Shown: in pieces, positions 47,549-56,825 of the stretch
Layout of the letters: each line of letters begins with the position of its first letter
Numbering within the stretch: position 1 is the first letter of the stretch
Source of the DNA: a virus
Lineage: Duplodnaviria; Caudoviricetes
Reading direction: 5' to 3' (one strand)
Length of the DNA: 59,911 nucleotides
Virus record (IMG/VR): IMGVR_UViG_3300040971_000369
Coordinates: 1 to 59,911 of that record
Position numbers and translations under genes: made by a program
The notes under the pieces: generated by a model
Database searches by the model: none
The model's input: the letters and a program-made list of their open reading frames with translations, nothing else
What the model was told of the DNA's origin: nothing

Positions 47549-48571
47549 TCAGGCGCGCTTGTTTTCCTGCTTTACGCGGCGGTTAAAAGCGCCTTCAAAG
47601 GAATTGGGGTCATCCCCGATTCCTCCACCCGGCCCCCTGGAGCGCGAACGCACCGGGGCCAAGTCGTCGGCAAGCTCTTTGTCCACGTGCTCGCGGGGCT
47701 TGCGCGCCTTGTCGTATTCTTTGAGGACGTCGGCCACTTCGCGCGGCCCGCCGTTCTTCCAGACGATTTCGCCGTAGGCCTTGGCGGTCTTGTGGGGCAG
47801 CTCGTCCAGCCACTCGCCCAGGCCTTTGAAATAGGCGTTGAAGTCGGCTTCACGGTCGGGATTGGCGAAAAGCTGGTAGTGACCCTCAGCGTTCTGAGCC
47901 ACCACGGCGCACTCGGACAGGCTGGGCACGGCGGAGAGCAGATCTGCATAGTGCGTTTTCTGCTTCTCCAGGACCTGCGCAACGTGTTGCGCCTGATGCT
48001 GACCCTCCACGTACCGCCGCGTGCGCAGCGAGTCGGCCATGGCCGCCGTGGATTCCGGGCCAAACTTGGCCAGGCTCTTGCGCAGACGCTCGCCGTCGGC
48101 GCTCTTCTCGCGCACCAGTTCGGCGAGATCCGGGTCCAGCCCGGCAATGACTTCCAGGTCGTCACGCAGATCCGCAGGCACATCATCGTCCGCCAGTTGC
48201 TCCGGAGCCGGGGCCTGTTTCAGGCGAGCCAGCTCCTCCTTGAGCGCGCGGTTCTCGTCCTGGACCTGCTGATGCCGCCCTTTAAGCGAATCGTACGAAT
48301 GGGCGCGTTTTTTCAGCGTTTCCAGGTCATCCTGGTCCCCGCCGCCCTGTTCGCCGCCCTCGCCGCCATCGCCGCCATCATCGCCGCCGCCATCGCCGCC
48401 CTGGTCGTCGTCATCATGGCCACTGTCATCGTGGCCATCCTGTCCGTCGCCAGCGCCGCCCGTATCGTCATCCGCGCCACCATCCGCGCCGCCAGCATCC
48501 TGCTTGGCGCGCGCCAGATAGGCCGCCTCGAATTCCTGGTCCTCGGTTAAAAACTCCTGTTCCTCTGCCAT
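47549..48571 (-). CDS. Capsid scaffolding protein
   Basis: Acidic N-terminus, coiled coil, located between portal and capsid; AGGAGG SD. Confidence 0.7.
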   Translation of the reverse strand: MAEEQEFLTEDQEFEAAYLARAKQDAGGADGGADDDTGGAGDGQDGHDDSGHDDDDQGGDGGGDDGGDGGEGGEQGGGDQDDLETLKKRAHSYDSLKGRHQQVQDENRALKEELARLKQAPAPEQLADDDVPADLRDDLEVIAGLDPDLAELVREKSADGERLRKSLAKFGPESTAAMADSLRTRRYVEGQHQAQHVAQVLEKQKTHYADLLSAVPSLSECAVVAQNAEGHYQLFANPDREADFNAYFKGLGEWLDELPHKTAKAYGEIVWKNGGPREVADVLKEYDKARKPREHVDKELADDLAPVRSRSRGPGGGIGDDPNSFEGAFNRRVKQENKRA

Positions 48572-48582
48572 CTGATCCTCCT

Positions 48583-48648
48583 ACCGGGCGAACGTGTCGG
48601 GGCCGGCTTTACGGGGTTGCTGCCAGGGCGAACGTGTCGGGGCCTGGC
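48583..48648 (-). promoter_or_regulatory. Two tandem RNA hairpins with identical loops abutting the scaffold SD
   Basis: GGCCCCGACACGTTCGCCC occurs twice at a 40-nt period, closed by different stems (GCCAGG/CCTGGC and GCCGG/CCGGT). Confidence 0.6.
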
Positions 48649-48660
48649 GCGGGGTGAAGG

Positions 48661-48858
48661 TCAGCCGCCGTTCGGCAGACCTTCGAAAATTTTAAGGAAT
48701 CGCTTGCACTGCTCGATATTGCCCTGCAGCCTGCCCAGCTCCTCGGGCGTGCAGTTCTCCATGCGCTTGTGGGCCTTGCGGATCTCGGCATCATGCCAGG
48801 CCCGCGCGGCCAGAAGACCGGGGCCGTCCTGATGCAGGAGCAGATCGTCCATGGTCAT
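48661..48858 (-). CDS. Small conserved phage protein after the portal gene
   Basis: ELGRLQGNI motif; coupled to the portal stop. Confidence 0.65.
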   Translation of the reverse strand: MTMDDLLLHQDGPGLLAARAWHDAEIRKAHKRMENCTPEELGRLQGNIEQCKRFLKIFEGLPNGG

Positions 48859-50819
48859 TGCACGCCTCCGGGGGTCTGCCCCGCTACCTGCTGCAGGCCG
48901 CCCATGGACTGCACAAGCGCCTGTTCAAGCACCTGTTTGGCCGGTATGCCCTTGGCCTCCATCGTCTCCACCACGGCCGCGAGCTGGGCCTTGGCCGCCA
49001 GCACGGCCTGCTGCATCTGCCACTGCTGGTATTCCTCTTCGGTGCGCACCAGTTCCTCGGCGTCGATGTCCATGGACTGGGAAAGTTTCTTGAGCATCAC
49101 GTCGTCTTTGACGCGGCCGGCGTAGCGCGGGTCCGCCGTGGTCTGGGAAAAACTGAGCAGCTGCTGGGCCTGGACTTCCTTGGCCACCAGGGACGCGCTG
49201 CCCGTGGCCAGCACGGCGTAATCGCCCTTGATCTCGCTGCGCGGGTTGAACTGCATCTCCCAGTCGTACAGCGCGGTGATGAAGGGCTGCGTGATCTGCT
49301 GGTCGAAAAAGAGGACCAGATCGAGCAGGTTCACGTTGGCCGCGCCCATGAGCATGGACAGGCCCGAAGCCGTTTCCCCCGCGCCCTTGACCTTGCCGTC
49401 GCCCTGCATGAAGCGCGGCGTGGTCGTCTCGTCCGCGAAATTGCTCATGAACTGGATCAGGCTCATCAGCTCCGTGATATGGGAGTCGATGTTCCAGACC
49501 TGCATGGCCTCCTGCATGTCGCGCACGTCGTCGAAGAAATAGACGCGCAGGCCGTGTACATTCTCTGGGTTCGGATTGAGCTGCGGGTTCAGGGCGGATC
49601 TGTTCATGCCGATGATCGGCCCGGCCGTGCACGCTGCGTTATCCAGCAGCATGCGCAGGGCCGCACTGATGATGCGGGCCGGGTGCCGCATGATGTGCGG
49701 CACGCCTTCGGGAAAGATGGTGGAGTCGTCCTCGACCACGTTGAAAAAATAGTAGGGCAGGCGGCGGTGTCCGGACTTGGCCAGCACCACCTTGATGGCC
49801 GTGCCACCCAGCAGCCACACGCAGGCCACCAGGTCGGAGCCACGCAGGCCCTCGGGCACGTTCACGCCCGCCGTCTGCAGCTGCTCGTCCGTCAGGTAGC
49901 CCCAACGCTCCTTCACGCGGTAACGCTCGCGGAACTCCAGCGGCACTTCCTTGGAGCCCATCTGGCGCAGATCCTGCTCGAAATTGTAGGGGGTGGCGTC
50001 GCCTTCGGGAGTGTTCTTCAGGTATTCGCGGATGATTTCCGCCTCGAAGCCAGGCTTTTTGGCCAGATCGCGCACCTCTTCCTTGCTCATGAGGTGCGTC
50101 TGCCACACAAAGCGGGCGCGGCGAATGTCCGTATCGGCCATGTCCGGATACACGCGCCAGGTCGAAACCCATTCGCGGTGCGGGTGATATTCCAGTTCCG
50201 TGGCCTCGGTCTGGACCCAGCGTACGGAACCGTCCTCGGTCTGTTGCGGCGCGTAGCGCATCACCGGGCGGCGCTCCGGCAGGGGGCCTTTGAGCACACC
50301 CGTGCCTAGCTTCACGCCCTGGAACACGACCTTGCCGCACTGCTCCGGATAGCTCATCTCCCCTTCGGCCAGGTGGTCGGCCATCTGCGTTTCCATCAGC
50401 TCGCGCGCCTTGACGGCCAGCTCGCGCTTGATCACGTCGCGGACTGCGGCGGTGATTGCGTCCGAATTGAGCTTGCCGGCGGCGGCGCGCTCGCGGATCT
50501 CGTTTTCGAGGATGACGGGATGGATTTCGGGGTAGGGGGTCTGCTTGATGGTCCAGTTACGGGCACCATTGGCAGGAAAAATATGGCTCATGAGCCGGGA
50601 CTTGATGGTATCGACCTTGACCTTGGTCAGGCGATGCACAGCCTTGGAGCGGCCCGGGAGGATGTTTTTCTCCACCCCCGGCTCGAGAATGCCACGGTAT
50701 TGGCGCTCGTCTTCAAGCCAACGGTCTTCCACCAGCTGCTCGCGCTGCCGTTGAACACTGTTAAACTCGGTTTCGAGCACGCCGCCGAGGCTTTCCAACT
50801 GTGACTTTCTTTCGACCAT
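48855..50819 (-). CDS. Portal protein
   Basis: LGTGVLKGP, ERWG, ETASGLSMLM; located between terminase and scaffold. Confidence 0.85.
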   Translation of the reverse strand: MVERKSQLESLGGVLETEFNSVQRQREQLVEDRWLEDERQYRGILEPGVEKNILPGRSKAVHRLTKVKVDTIKSRLMSHIFPANGARNWTIKQTPYPEIHPVILENEIRERAAAGKLNSDAITAAVRDVIKRELAVKARELMETQMADHLAEGEMSYPEQCGKVVFQGVKLGTGVLKGPLPERRPVMRYAPQQTEDGSVRWVQTEATELEYHPHREWVSTWRVYPDMADTDIRRARFVWQTHLMSKEEVRDLAKKPGFEAEIIREYLKNTPEGDATPYNFEQDLRQMGSKEVPLEFRERYRVKERWGYLTDEQLQTAGVNVPEGLRGSDLVACVWLLGGTAIKVVLAKSGHRRLPYYFFNVVEDDSTIFPEGVPHIMRHPARIISAALRMLLDNAACTAGPIIGMNRSALNPQLNPNPENVHGLRVYFFDDVRDMQEAMQVWNIDSHITELMSLIQFMSNFADETTTPRFMQGDGKVKGAGETASGLSMLMGAANVNLLDLVLFFDQQITQPFITALYDWEMQFNPRSEIKGDYAVLATGSASLVAKEVQAQQLLSFSQTTADPRYAGRVKDDVMLKKLSQSMDIDAEELVRTEEEYQQWQMQQAVLAAKAQLAAVVETMEAKGIPAKQVLEQALVQSMGGLQQVAGQTPGGVQ

Positions 50820-50970
50820 GCTTTCCCCGCGTGTGGTCCGGATTCCGGCCGGGAGACCGGGGAAGAACCCGGCCGGAACCCTCGCCATTTGAGCCCAAGC
50901 CGTAACACAGGTTTTCAGGAAACCGCCGCAGGACGGGTATTGCGGGACACCACGGGACACCACGGGACGA

Positions 50971-50994
50971 CAAAAAAAGCCCCTTGCGGGGCTT
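50971..50994 (-). terminator. Intrinsic terminator between the packaging and head operons
   Basis: AAGCCCC-GCAA-GGGGCTTTTTTT. Confidence 0.85.
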
Positions 50995-51019
50995 GACGTG
51001 GTTTTGAAATAACGGGAGT

Positions 51020-51433
51020 TCAGAGCACTTCTATTTCGTCACACAAAAACGGGACCATTCCGTGCTTAAAAGTCAGCACAAACACCCGCCACCGTCCATC
51101 CGGCCCTTGGTACGGCGGGGATGCGGCAAAGGCCTGCTCGCGAATCCCATTGCCTTCGGAATCCTTGACCGTGACGCGCACCCGGTCCCGATAGCGCAGC
51201 GCCGGGGGAGGAGCCGCCGCAGGCTCAAAGCCTACACACCGCGCGGCAATGTCCAGCGCTGAGGCGGACGAGAAAAAGACGTACTTTTCTCCGGGCTTCA
51301 ACCACTCCCGCCCAACCTTCAGCCGGTACATGCCGGCCGGGCCCCCAAAATGCTCCGCGTCGTAAAGCCGAATTTTAACCCCCTCGTTAGCGGAGTTTTT
51401 CACGCTTATTCTAATGGAAGGGTCAGGCTTCAA
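51020..51433 (-). CDS. Phage hypothetical protein
   Basis: 137-aa ORF with AGGGGG SD. Confidence 0.6.
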   Translation of the reverse strand: MKPDPSIRISVKNSANEGVKIRLYDAEHFGGPAGMYRLKVGREWLKPGEKYVFFSSASALDIAARCVGFEPAAAPPPALRYRDRVRVTVKDSEGNGIREQAFAASPPYQGPDGRWRVFVLTFKHGMVPFLCDEIEVL

Positions 51434-51465
51434 ATTTCACCCCCTGTTTTGCGTAAATTTTGACC

Positions 51466-52122
51466 CTAATACCCTGCCACGCCATCAGCGGGCTTCCACG
51501 GTCTGACGCTGGCCGCGCCCTGGTAGTCGCGGCCATCCAGGGCGGCCATGCCCATGAGCAGGGCCGTGACCTCGGGCGAGGTGGTCCATTCCAGCTCCGA
51601 AAAGTCCCGCCCCAGGGCCGACAGCGCGGCGCGTATCCTGTCCGCATGGTTGAAGTACAGCGTCTTTTGGCTGCTGGTGCGCAGGTGCACGCGCATGGCC
51701 AGCCATTCCGGCGTCATGTTTTCGCGCGGGCGCATAAGACGCAGCGGCGCGCGGCGCAGGCCCGCCTGGCGCTGGTTGTGCTGGCGCAGCTCGCGCAGGA
51801 ACTCCGGCCGGTCCGGTCCCCACCACTCGTGCACGTGCGCCACGCGGGAGATCGCGCCCATGGCCATGAACACGGCCGGCACGGACAGGAAATTCTGACC
51901 CTGCCAGTCGCCATATTCACCCAGCACATGCAGGGTGTGCAGCTCCGGAAAGTCGCGGTGCGGATTCAGTTCCTCGCCCATGACGGCCACGAACCCCGGC
52001 GCGCCCTTGCCCGGCCAGCCAATGCCTCCGACGATCCGCCGCAGCGGGATCTTCCCCTTGCCTTTGCGCTCCCAGACGTGAACGCGCTCCCCGGTTATGG
52101 GGTTGTACTCGAGCTTTATCAT
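51466..52122 (-). CDS. Hypothetical protein, possibly a degenerate RNase H-like terminase-nuclease fold
   Basis: IVGGIGWPG...GFVAVMG beta-strand pattern; directly after TerL. Confidence 0.5.
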   Translation of the reverse strand: MIKLEYNPITGERVHVWERKGKGKIPLRRIVGGIGWPGKGAPGFVAVMGEELNPHRDFPELHTLHVLGEYGDWQGQNFLSVPAVFMAMGAISRVAHVHEWWGPDRPEFLRELRQHNQRQAGLRRAPLRLMRPRENMTPEWLAMRVHLRTSSQKTLYFNHADRIRAALSALGRDFSELEWTTSPEVTALLMGMAALDGRDYQGAASVRPWKPADGVAGY

Positions 52123-52130
52123 GATTCCCC

Positions 52131-53744
52131 CTAGCTCAGGTCGCTGTCGCCGAAACCGCTGCCCAGCAGCCGGTTGCGCGCCATCCAGGCATAGTTGAAC
52201 GCGTGGCGGTAATGGTCCGGACCGAGCTTCTTCCAGACCTTGCGCCGGTTGCCGTCGTCATCCTCTTCCCAGGTGCTGGCCACGTTGTGGGCGTGTTCGA
52301 CGAACTCCCGCACGGGCTCGCAGTCCGCAGGCAGGGCCACGAGGCCATCCTTCAGGGCGTCGTGGGAGGCGTCCATGGTTTCGGTGCGCGGGCTGGACAC
52401 CTTCATGTTCTTTTCGTCCCAGACCACGAGCTTACCCTGTTCGTTGTACCAGTTCAGAAACGCCTTGCCCGCCAGCTCCTCGCTCTCGGATACCTTCTTG
52501 GCCGCCCGCGTCTCGGGCATGCCGTCGATGACGCCGCTGTGCACGCCCAGGGCCTTGGCCAGCTTCGGCAACTCGTCCCATTCGCGCAGGATGCCCATGT
52601 AAACAATCCGGTCCGGAAAACTCTTGCCTATCACCACATGCAGATATTTCGCGCCCTGATCCACGCCCATCCAGCACGGACCCTTGTCCTTGGCGGCAAT
52701 ACGATACCCGGCGCACAGGGACAGCACCTGCTCCTTGGACAGCCGGGCGTCGGATTCGATGTACGCCGCGCCAATGATGTAGTTCCAGAACTTGGGAGCC
52801 GTGCGGGTACTCAGCACGCGCATTGCCTTGACGATGCTCTCGGGCGTGCGGAAGAGGCTCCACAGGTTCGAGTAGGCGTAGCCGCGCAGATCCGTGACGC
52901 TCGGGTACTTGGCCACCCATTCGCCGCGCGCCGGGTCCAGGGCCGCGTTCCGGCAGTGCATGCACAGGCGCACGATCTCGCCGCGCAGCTCCACCAGAAT
53001 ATCCTGGTTGTCGCCGATGGACGGATTGAAGTGATCCTCCATGCATGTATACCCGCCGCAGGCCGAGCACTTGAGCAGCCAAAAGCGCTGGTCCGACAAC
53101 TGAAATTTCTTGTCGATACCGAAGTCCGGAATGGTCGGGTTGGACAGGAAATGCTCCCACTTGAAATCCGAGTGCTCCATGCGGCCCTGCGCCGCGCCTT
53201 CGGTGCCTTCGGCCATAAGATCATATTCATCGTAGACAACCATGTCGGCCGGGTCCGAGCGCAAGCCTTCCTCGCTCTTGGTGCCACGAAAGATTAGATT
53301 CATGCCATTAAAACGCTTCATGCCAACGCTGTCAGTATCCTGCATGAGGCGTCCGATGGTTTCCGGATTGTTCGCTACCAGTGGAGCAATACGCGAGCGC
53401 GAAAAGTCGCCAATGCCGGTCTTGGTCGGGAAGAGGTACAATATGCCAACCATGGGCAGGTATCGGGCCGCGTGGAACATGCGCAGAACGGCCCGCGTGG
53501 AATTGCCGCGTTGGGTCGATTTGCGCTCCACCTGGCACGGATGATCGTCGGCATAGGGCGTGACCAGGTATTCGTGGCGGTCGAAGGTGAAAGGGCCGCG
53601 GTCAAGGACAATCGCCCGCCCGCCGGGGTACATCCCCGCCGCCCATTCGCCGACATTGCCGGGCGGCGTCTCGGGGATCTTCACTGTGGATGCGACGTGG
53701 TCCACGAAGGACGCGAACAGGTCAGTTTTTGGCTTCATGCTCAC
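52131..53744 (-). CDS. Terminase large subunit (GpA-like)
   Basis: KSTQRGNS (Walker A-like), VVYDEYD (Walker B), SNPT, CSAC/CMHC, MGVDQG, DHYRHA. Confidence 0.9.
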   Translation of the reverse strand: MSMKPKTDLFASFVDHVASTVKIPETPPGNVGEWAAGMYPGGRAIVLDRGPFTFDRHEYLVTPYADDHPCQVERKSTQRGNSTRAVLRMFHAARYLPMVGILYLFPTKTGIGDFSRSRIAPLVANNPETIGRLMQDTDSVGMKRFNGMNLIFRGTKSEEGLRSDPADMVVYDEYDLMAEGTEGAAQGRMEHSDFKWEHFLSNPTIPDFGIDKKFQLSDQRFWLLKCSACGGYTCMEDHFNPSIGDNQDILVELRGEIVRLCMHCRNAALDPARGEWVAKYPSVTDLRGYAYSNLWSLFRTPESIVKAMRVLSTRTAPKFWNYIIGAAYIESDARLSKEQVLSLCAGYRIAAKDKGPCWMGVDQGAKYLHVVIGKSFPDRIVYMGILREWDELPKLAKALGVHSGVIDGMPETRAAKKVSESEELAGKAFLNWYNEQGKLVVWDEKNMKVSSPRTETMDASHDALKDGLVALPADCEPVREFVEHAHNVASTWEEDDDGNRRKVWKKLGPDHYRHAFNYAWMARNRLLGSGFGDSDLS

Positions 53745-54310
53745 TTGGCCCCTTGCGACGGCATGCCCAGATCAATGGAATCGCGCAGGGTCCGCGCCTG
53801 CACCAAGCGGGTCACAATGCGCTGGGCGACTTCCGGGCTCTCGCGCTGAATCTCTTCCATTACCGTCTTCTGAAACTCGACCACGCGCTCCATGTTGCAA
53901 TATTTCTCGCGCATGCTGAAATGCAGCTCCACCTGCTTGCGCACCTCGGCCATGAGCGAAATGAGAAACTTGTCCGCGCTGCCGTCGCAGATGCGTTTCA
54001 GCTTGGATTTAAGCTCGTAATATTCATTGCCCTCACCCTTCAGCACGGACTTGATCAGCTCCATGAGCTCGCGGGCCTCATCGGCCAGGCGCACCACCTC
54101 GCCCATCTCGTCCATTTGCTTGCGCAGCATCTCACCCACAGGCGCGGACAGGGTCATGGCCTTGGCCGTGCGCCCCTGAAAACGCTTCAGGTAATTGGAC
54201 GCGCTGGTGGGGCTGAGGCCCAGTCTGGCGGCGGCCTCGTACTGCTTGAGGCCTTCATCGTCCCGGAGCCGAATCAGCTCCATGGCGATCTCGTCACCTT
54301 TTTTGCTCAT
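53741..54310 (-). CDS. Putative terminase small subunit (HTH)
   Basis: GLKQYEAAARLGLSPTSASNYL; overlaps the TerL start. Confidence 0.65.
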   Translation of the reverse strand: MSKKGDEIAMELIRLRDDEGLKQYEAAARLGLSPTSASNYLKRFQGRTAKAMTLSAPVGEMLRKQMDEMGEVVRLADEARELMELIKSVLKGEGNEYYELKSKLKRICDGSADKFLISLMAEVRKQVELHFSMREKYCNMERVVEFQKTVMEEIQRESPEVAQRIVTRLVQARTLRDSIDLGMPSQGAK

Positions 54311-54333
54311 AAACCCGCCTTTTCCGCGCCGCT

Positions 54334-54951
54334 CTACCCGAGCAGGCCGCGCGTCTTCAGGAATCCGTGCATCGTGCTGGAACTGACATCGAACATCTTG
54401 GCCAGACTCGCCTGGCTCACGCCCTTGGCCAGCCATGCGGAAATCTCGTCGGTTTTGGCGTCCAGCCGGGAGCGCCGCACACCACGCGGGGCCCCGAGAA
54501 CCTTGCCCTTGGCGCGCGCCGCAGCCAGACCGGCCTTGGTGCGCTGGCTGATCAGATCCCGCTCGATCTCGGCCATCAGGCCAAAAAGGGCCACCGTCGT
54601 CTTGGTCGCGATGTCCATGCTGCCTCCGGAGCCGTCCAGACGGATGTTCTCCTTGATCGTCCACAGACGCACCCGGCCGGCCACCAGGCGGTTGACGATC
54701 TCCACCACCTGCCCCAGGCTTCGGCCCAGCCGCGAGAGCTCCGCCACAACCAGCATGTCCCCGGGCGCCAGACTCGCCAGAAGCTGCGTAATGCCCCGGT
54801 CATCCATCGACCGCCGTGAACTGATTTCCATGGAAATCCACTCGTCAACACGCGCGCCGTCGGCCATAAGCCGCTCCAGGATCTCCAGCCGCTGGGACTG
54901 CAGATCCTGGGCATCCGTGCTGACCCGAAGATACGCCACCGTTTTCGACAT
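54334..54951 (-). CDS. Serine recombinase, resolvase/invertase family
   Basis: AYLRVST..QD...Q, LSRLGRS, ERDLISQRTKAGLAAAR.KG..LG, C-terminal HTH. Confidence 0.95.
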   Translation of the reverse strand: MSKTVAYLRVSTDAQDLQSQRLEILERLMADGARVDEWISMEISSRRSMDDRGITQLLASLAPGDMLVVAELSRLGRSLGQVVEIVNRLVAGRVRLWTIKENIRLDGSGGSMDIATKTTVALFGLMAEIERDLISQRTKAGLAAARAKGKVLGAPRGVRRSRLDAKTDEISAWLAKGVSQASLAKMFDVSSSTMHGFLKTRGLLG

Positions 54952-55522
54952 ACCGCCTCCCCGTTTTGCTTTTTTTTCGCGCTCTACCGCACCGCTTGAC
55001 CTGCCCGGCCGGTTCCCGGCAGCCATGAAATGGGATCCGGAAAGATTTCGGCAAAAATCACCGGCGTTTCACAGAGCCACCTGATTGAAATCCGCTTCGC
55101 GTTTCAGATTCGCGGCGGGCCTCCCCCCCTCCCCGGACTCCGGCCGCCGCGCCCCCGAGAGCAGGCCCGGCGTGGTCCATCCGGACCAATGCGGCATAAA
55201 CCCCAAACCGACGCCCAAACCGTACACTTTGGCCGGACTGGGACAACCGTTTAGCAGCACGAAATCCACACTCACATGACGGACGTCATGTCCGGAGGCA
55301 TCGAACGTTTCATCCGCACACCAACAAAAAAGGCGACCACCCCGCCGCCTCATCAGCACCTCGACCATCCAGCCGATCCATCTGCTCCTCGATTACCCGG
55401 TTGATCCATCTGCACTTCACGCCCTTCACCATCCAAAATCCATCACCATCCCCTCTATCTACACGCCCAACCCGAAACCCCGGGCCAAAATCCACCCCCA
55501 CATCACCAAATTTACTGTTCAT

Positions 55523-56401
55523 TCACTTCCAGCCCAAACAATTCGGCCGCTCAGCTAATTCCGTCTCAGTTAACTTTCTGACCACAGCCTGGGGCCGAGC
55601 ATCGACCGCGGCGCGTGTCGAACGCTTGGACAAGTCGAATTGCACCATGGCCGACTCGAACTTGGTGGAACCACCCGCACCCTTCTTCCTCGCCGAAGCC
55701 AAGCTGCGCATATTTCGGCTCCAGAAATCGTCTGTCAAAATCCACCGCAGAACGTCTTTGACCGCTTCCCAGTCATGGCCATCTATTCGAACCAGGTCAT
55801 CCAGGGCCAAAGCTCCGTCCTGATCCCACTTCTCAGTCCAGCCTCGCGTCAATGTCGGATGCAGAATCCGAATTCGCTCATGATACGCCCTTGCCACTTT
55901 CAATGCCTCTTCAGATCCTGAGCGTGCGGTATTTCTTTTTCTTTTTCTTTTATCATAATGGTGGGTTCCCGTTTGTGACGGCTTTTTCGCCCCATCTTGT
56001 GACGGCGTTGTAGCCGTCACAAGTACGTTTTCCGCCGTTATTTCTGACGGCGTTTTAGCCGTCACAACTTCTGACGGGGTATTTGCCACCACATCCCACA
56101 AATCGTAATCCTTCTGCAGCCCAATTCGTCCCGGCGATCTGCCTTGGCCAGGCTCCGTGTGTAGAATTTTTTTAGCGACCAAGGCCCGCACGACGCGGTC
56201 CGCATCGCGCCTCTCAAGGCCGCACATCTCAGCCAATTTAGTCCGAGACAGAGGAGCTACCAGTCGCGAATATCCGTAGGTCTCCCGGATCACGGCCAGA
56301 ACCACGCGCATTTCACGCCCTGACACTTGGCATAGAGCCAGCGCGTGAAGCAGCTCGTTCGCGATCCGCGTAAAACCATGCTCACATTGTGGGCTTGCCA
56401 T
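55523..56401 (-). CDS. Phage replication initiator (lambda O-like)
   Basis: GFTRIANELL...REMRVVLAVIRETYGY...KDYDLW; C-terminal DDFWSRNM.S. Confidence 0.85.
   Translation of the reverse strand: MASPQCEHGFTRIANELLHALALCQVSGREMRVVLAVIRETYGYSRLVAPLSRTKLAEMCGLERRDADRVVRALVAKKILHTEPGQGRSPGRIGLQKDYDLWDVVANTPSEVVTAKTPSEITAENVLVTATTPSQDGAKKPSQTGTHHYDKRKRKRNTARSGSEEALKVARAYHERIRILHPTLTRGWTEKWDQDGALALDDLVRIDGHDWEAVKDVLRWILTDDFWSRNMRSLASARKKGAGGSTKFESAMVQFDLSKRSTRAAVDARPQAVVRKLTETELAERPNCLGWK
55931..56080. promoter_or_regulatory. Replication origin: TGACGG/CCGTCA iterons plus an AT-rich tract inside the O-like gene
   Basis: TGTGACGGC, CTTGTGACGGCGTTGTAGCCGTCACAAG, CTGACGGCGTTTTAGCCGTCACAA and CTGACGG next to ATTTCTTTTTCTTTTTCTTTTATCATAAT. 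Confidence 0.7.
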
Positions 56402-56486
56402 AGACCCCCCGATTCTAATCCAGTCCCGGCCACGAGCTCGAGTCTCGCAGACGGTCAGAGTTAAAATCTAAACCATCACTTTAGGA

Positions 56487-56810
56487 TTATGAAGAGTCCA
56501 CCACCAGCAAAGACCCTGCCCGGATCTCCTGCGCATCCATATTCCGGAAATGCACGCCCACCTCAGCGCAAGGGTGCGCAGCCAGCCAAGCCTGAACCGG
56601 ATCGGTCCAGAATAGGTCAACGGCCTCGCTGAACTCCTTCCAATGCAGCATCTCCCAACGATTATTATGCACCAGACGGCGCTTATCGGCTGTGAGCTGC
56701 ACCGCGCGGATGATCAAGCGTGACTCAGACACGACCGCTACGAGCGGACAGCTTCGCAACAGCTCTCGAAACCGCTGCACAGCGGCTGTACGGGCAACAA
56801 ACGAATCCAT
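56487..56810 (-). CDS. Phage hypothetical protein
   Basis: GAGG SD; co-oriented in the early operon. Confidence 0.55.
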   Translation of the reverse strand: MDSFVARTAAVQRFRELLRSCPLVAVVSESRLIIRAVQLTADKRRLVHNNRWEMLHWKEFSEAVDLFWTDPVQAWLAAHPCAEVGVHFRNMDAQEIRAGSLLVVDSS

Positions 56811-56825
56811 CAGGCCGCCCTCACC

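Noticed and set aside
55069-55522. Small ORFs between the recombinase and the O-like gene
   Set aside because: Mutually overlapping, with no recognisable features; cannot choose a real frame.
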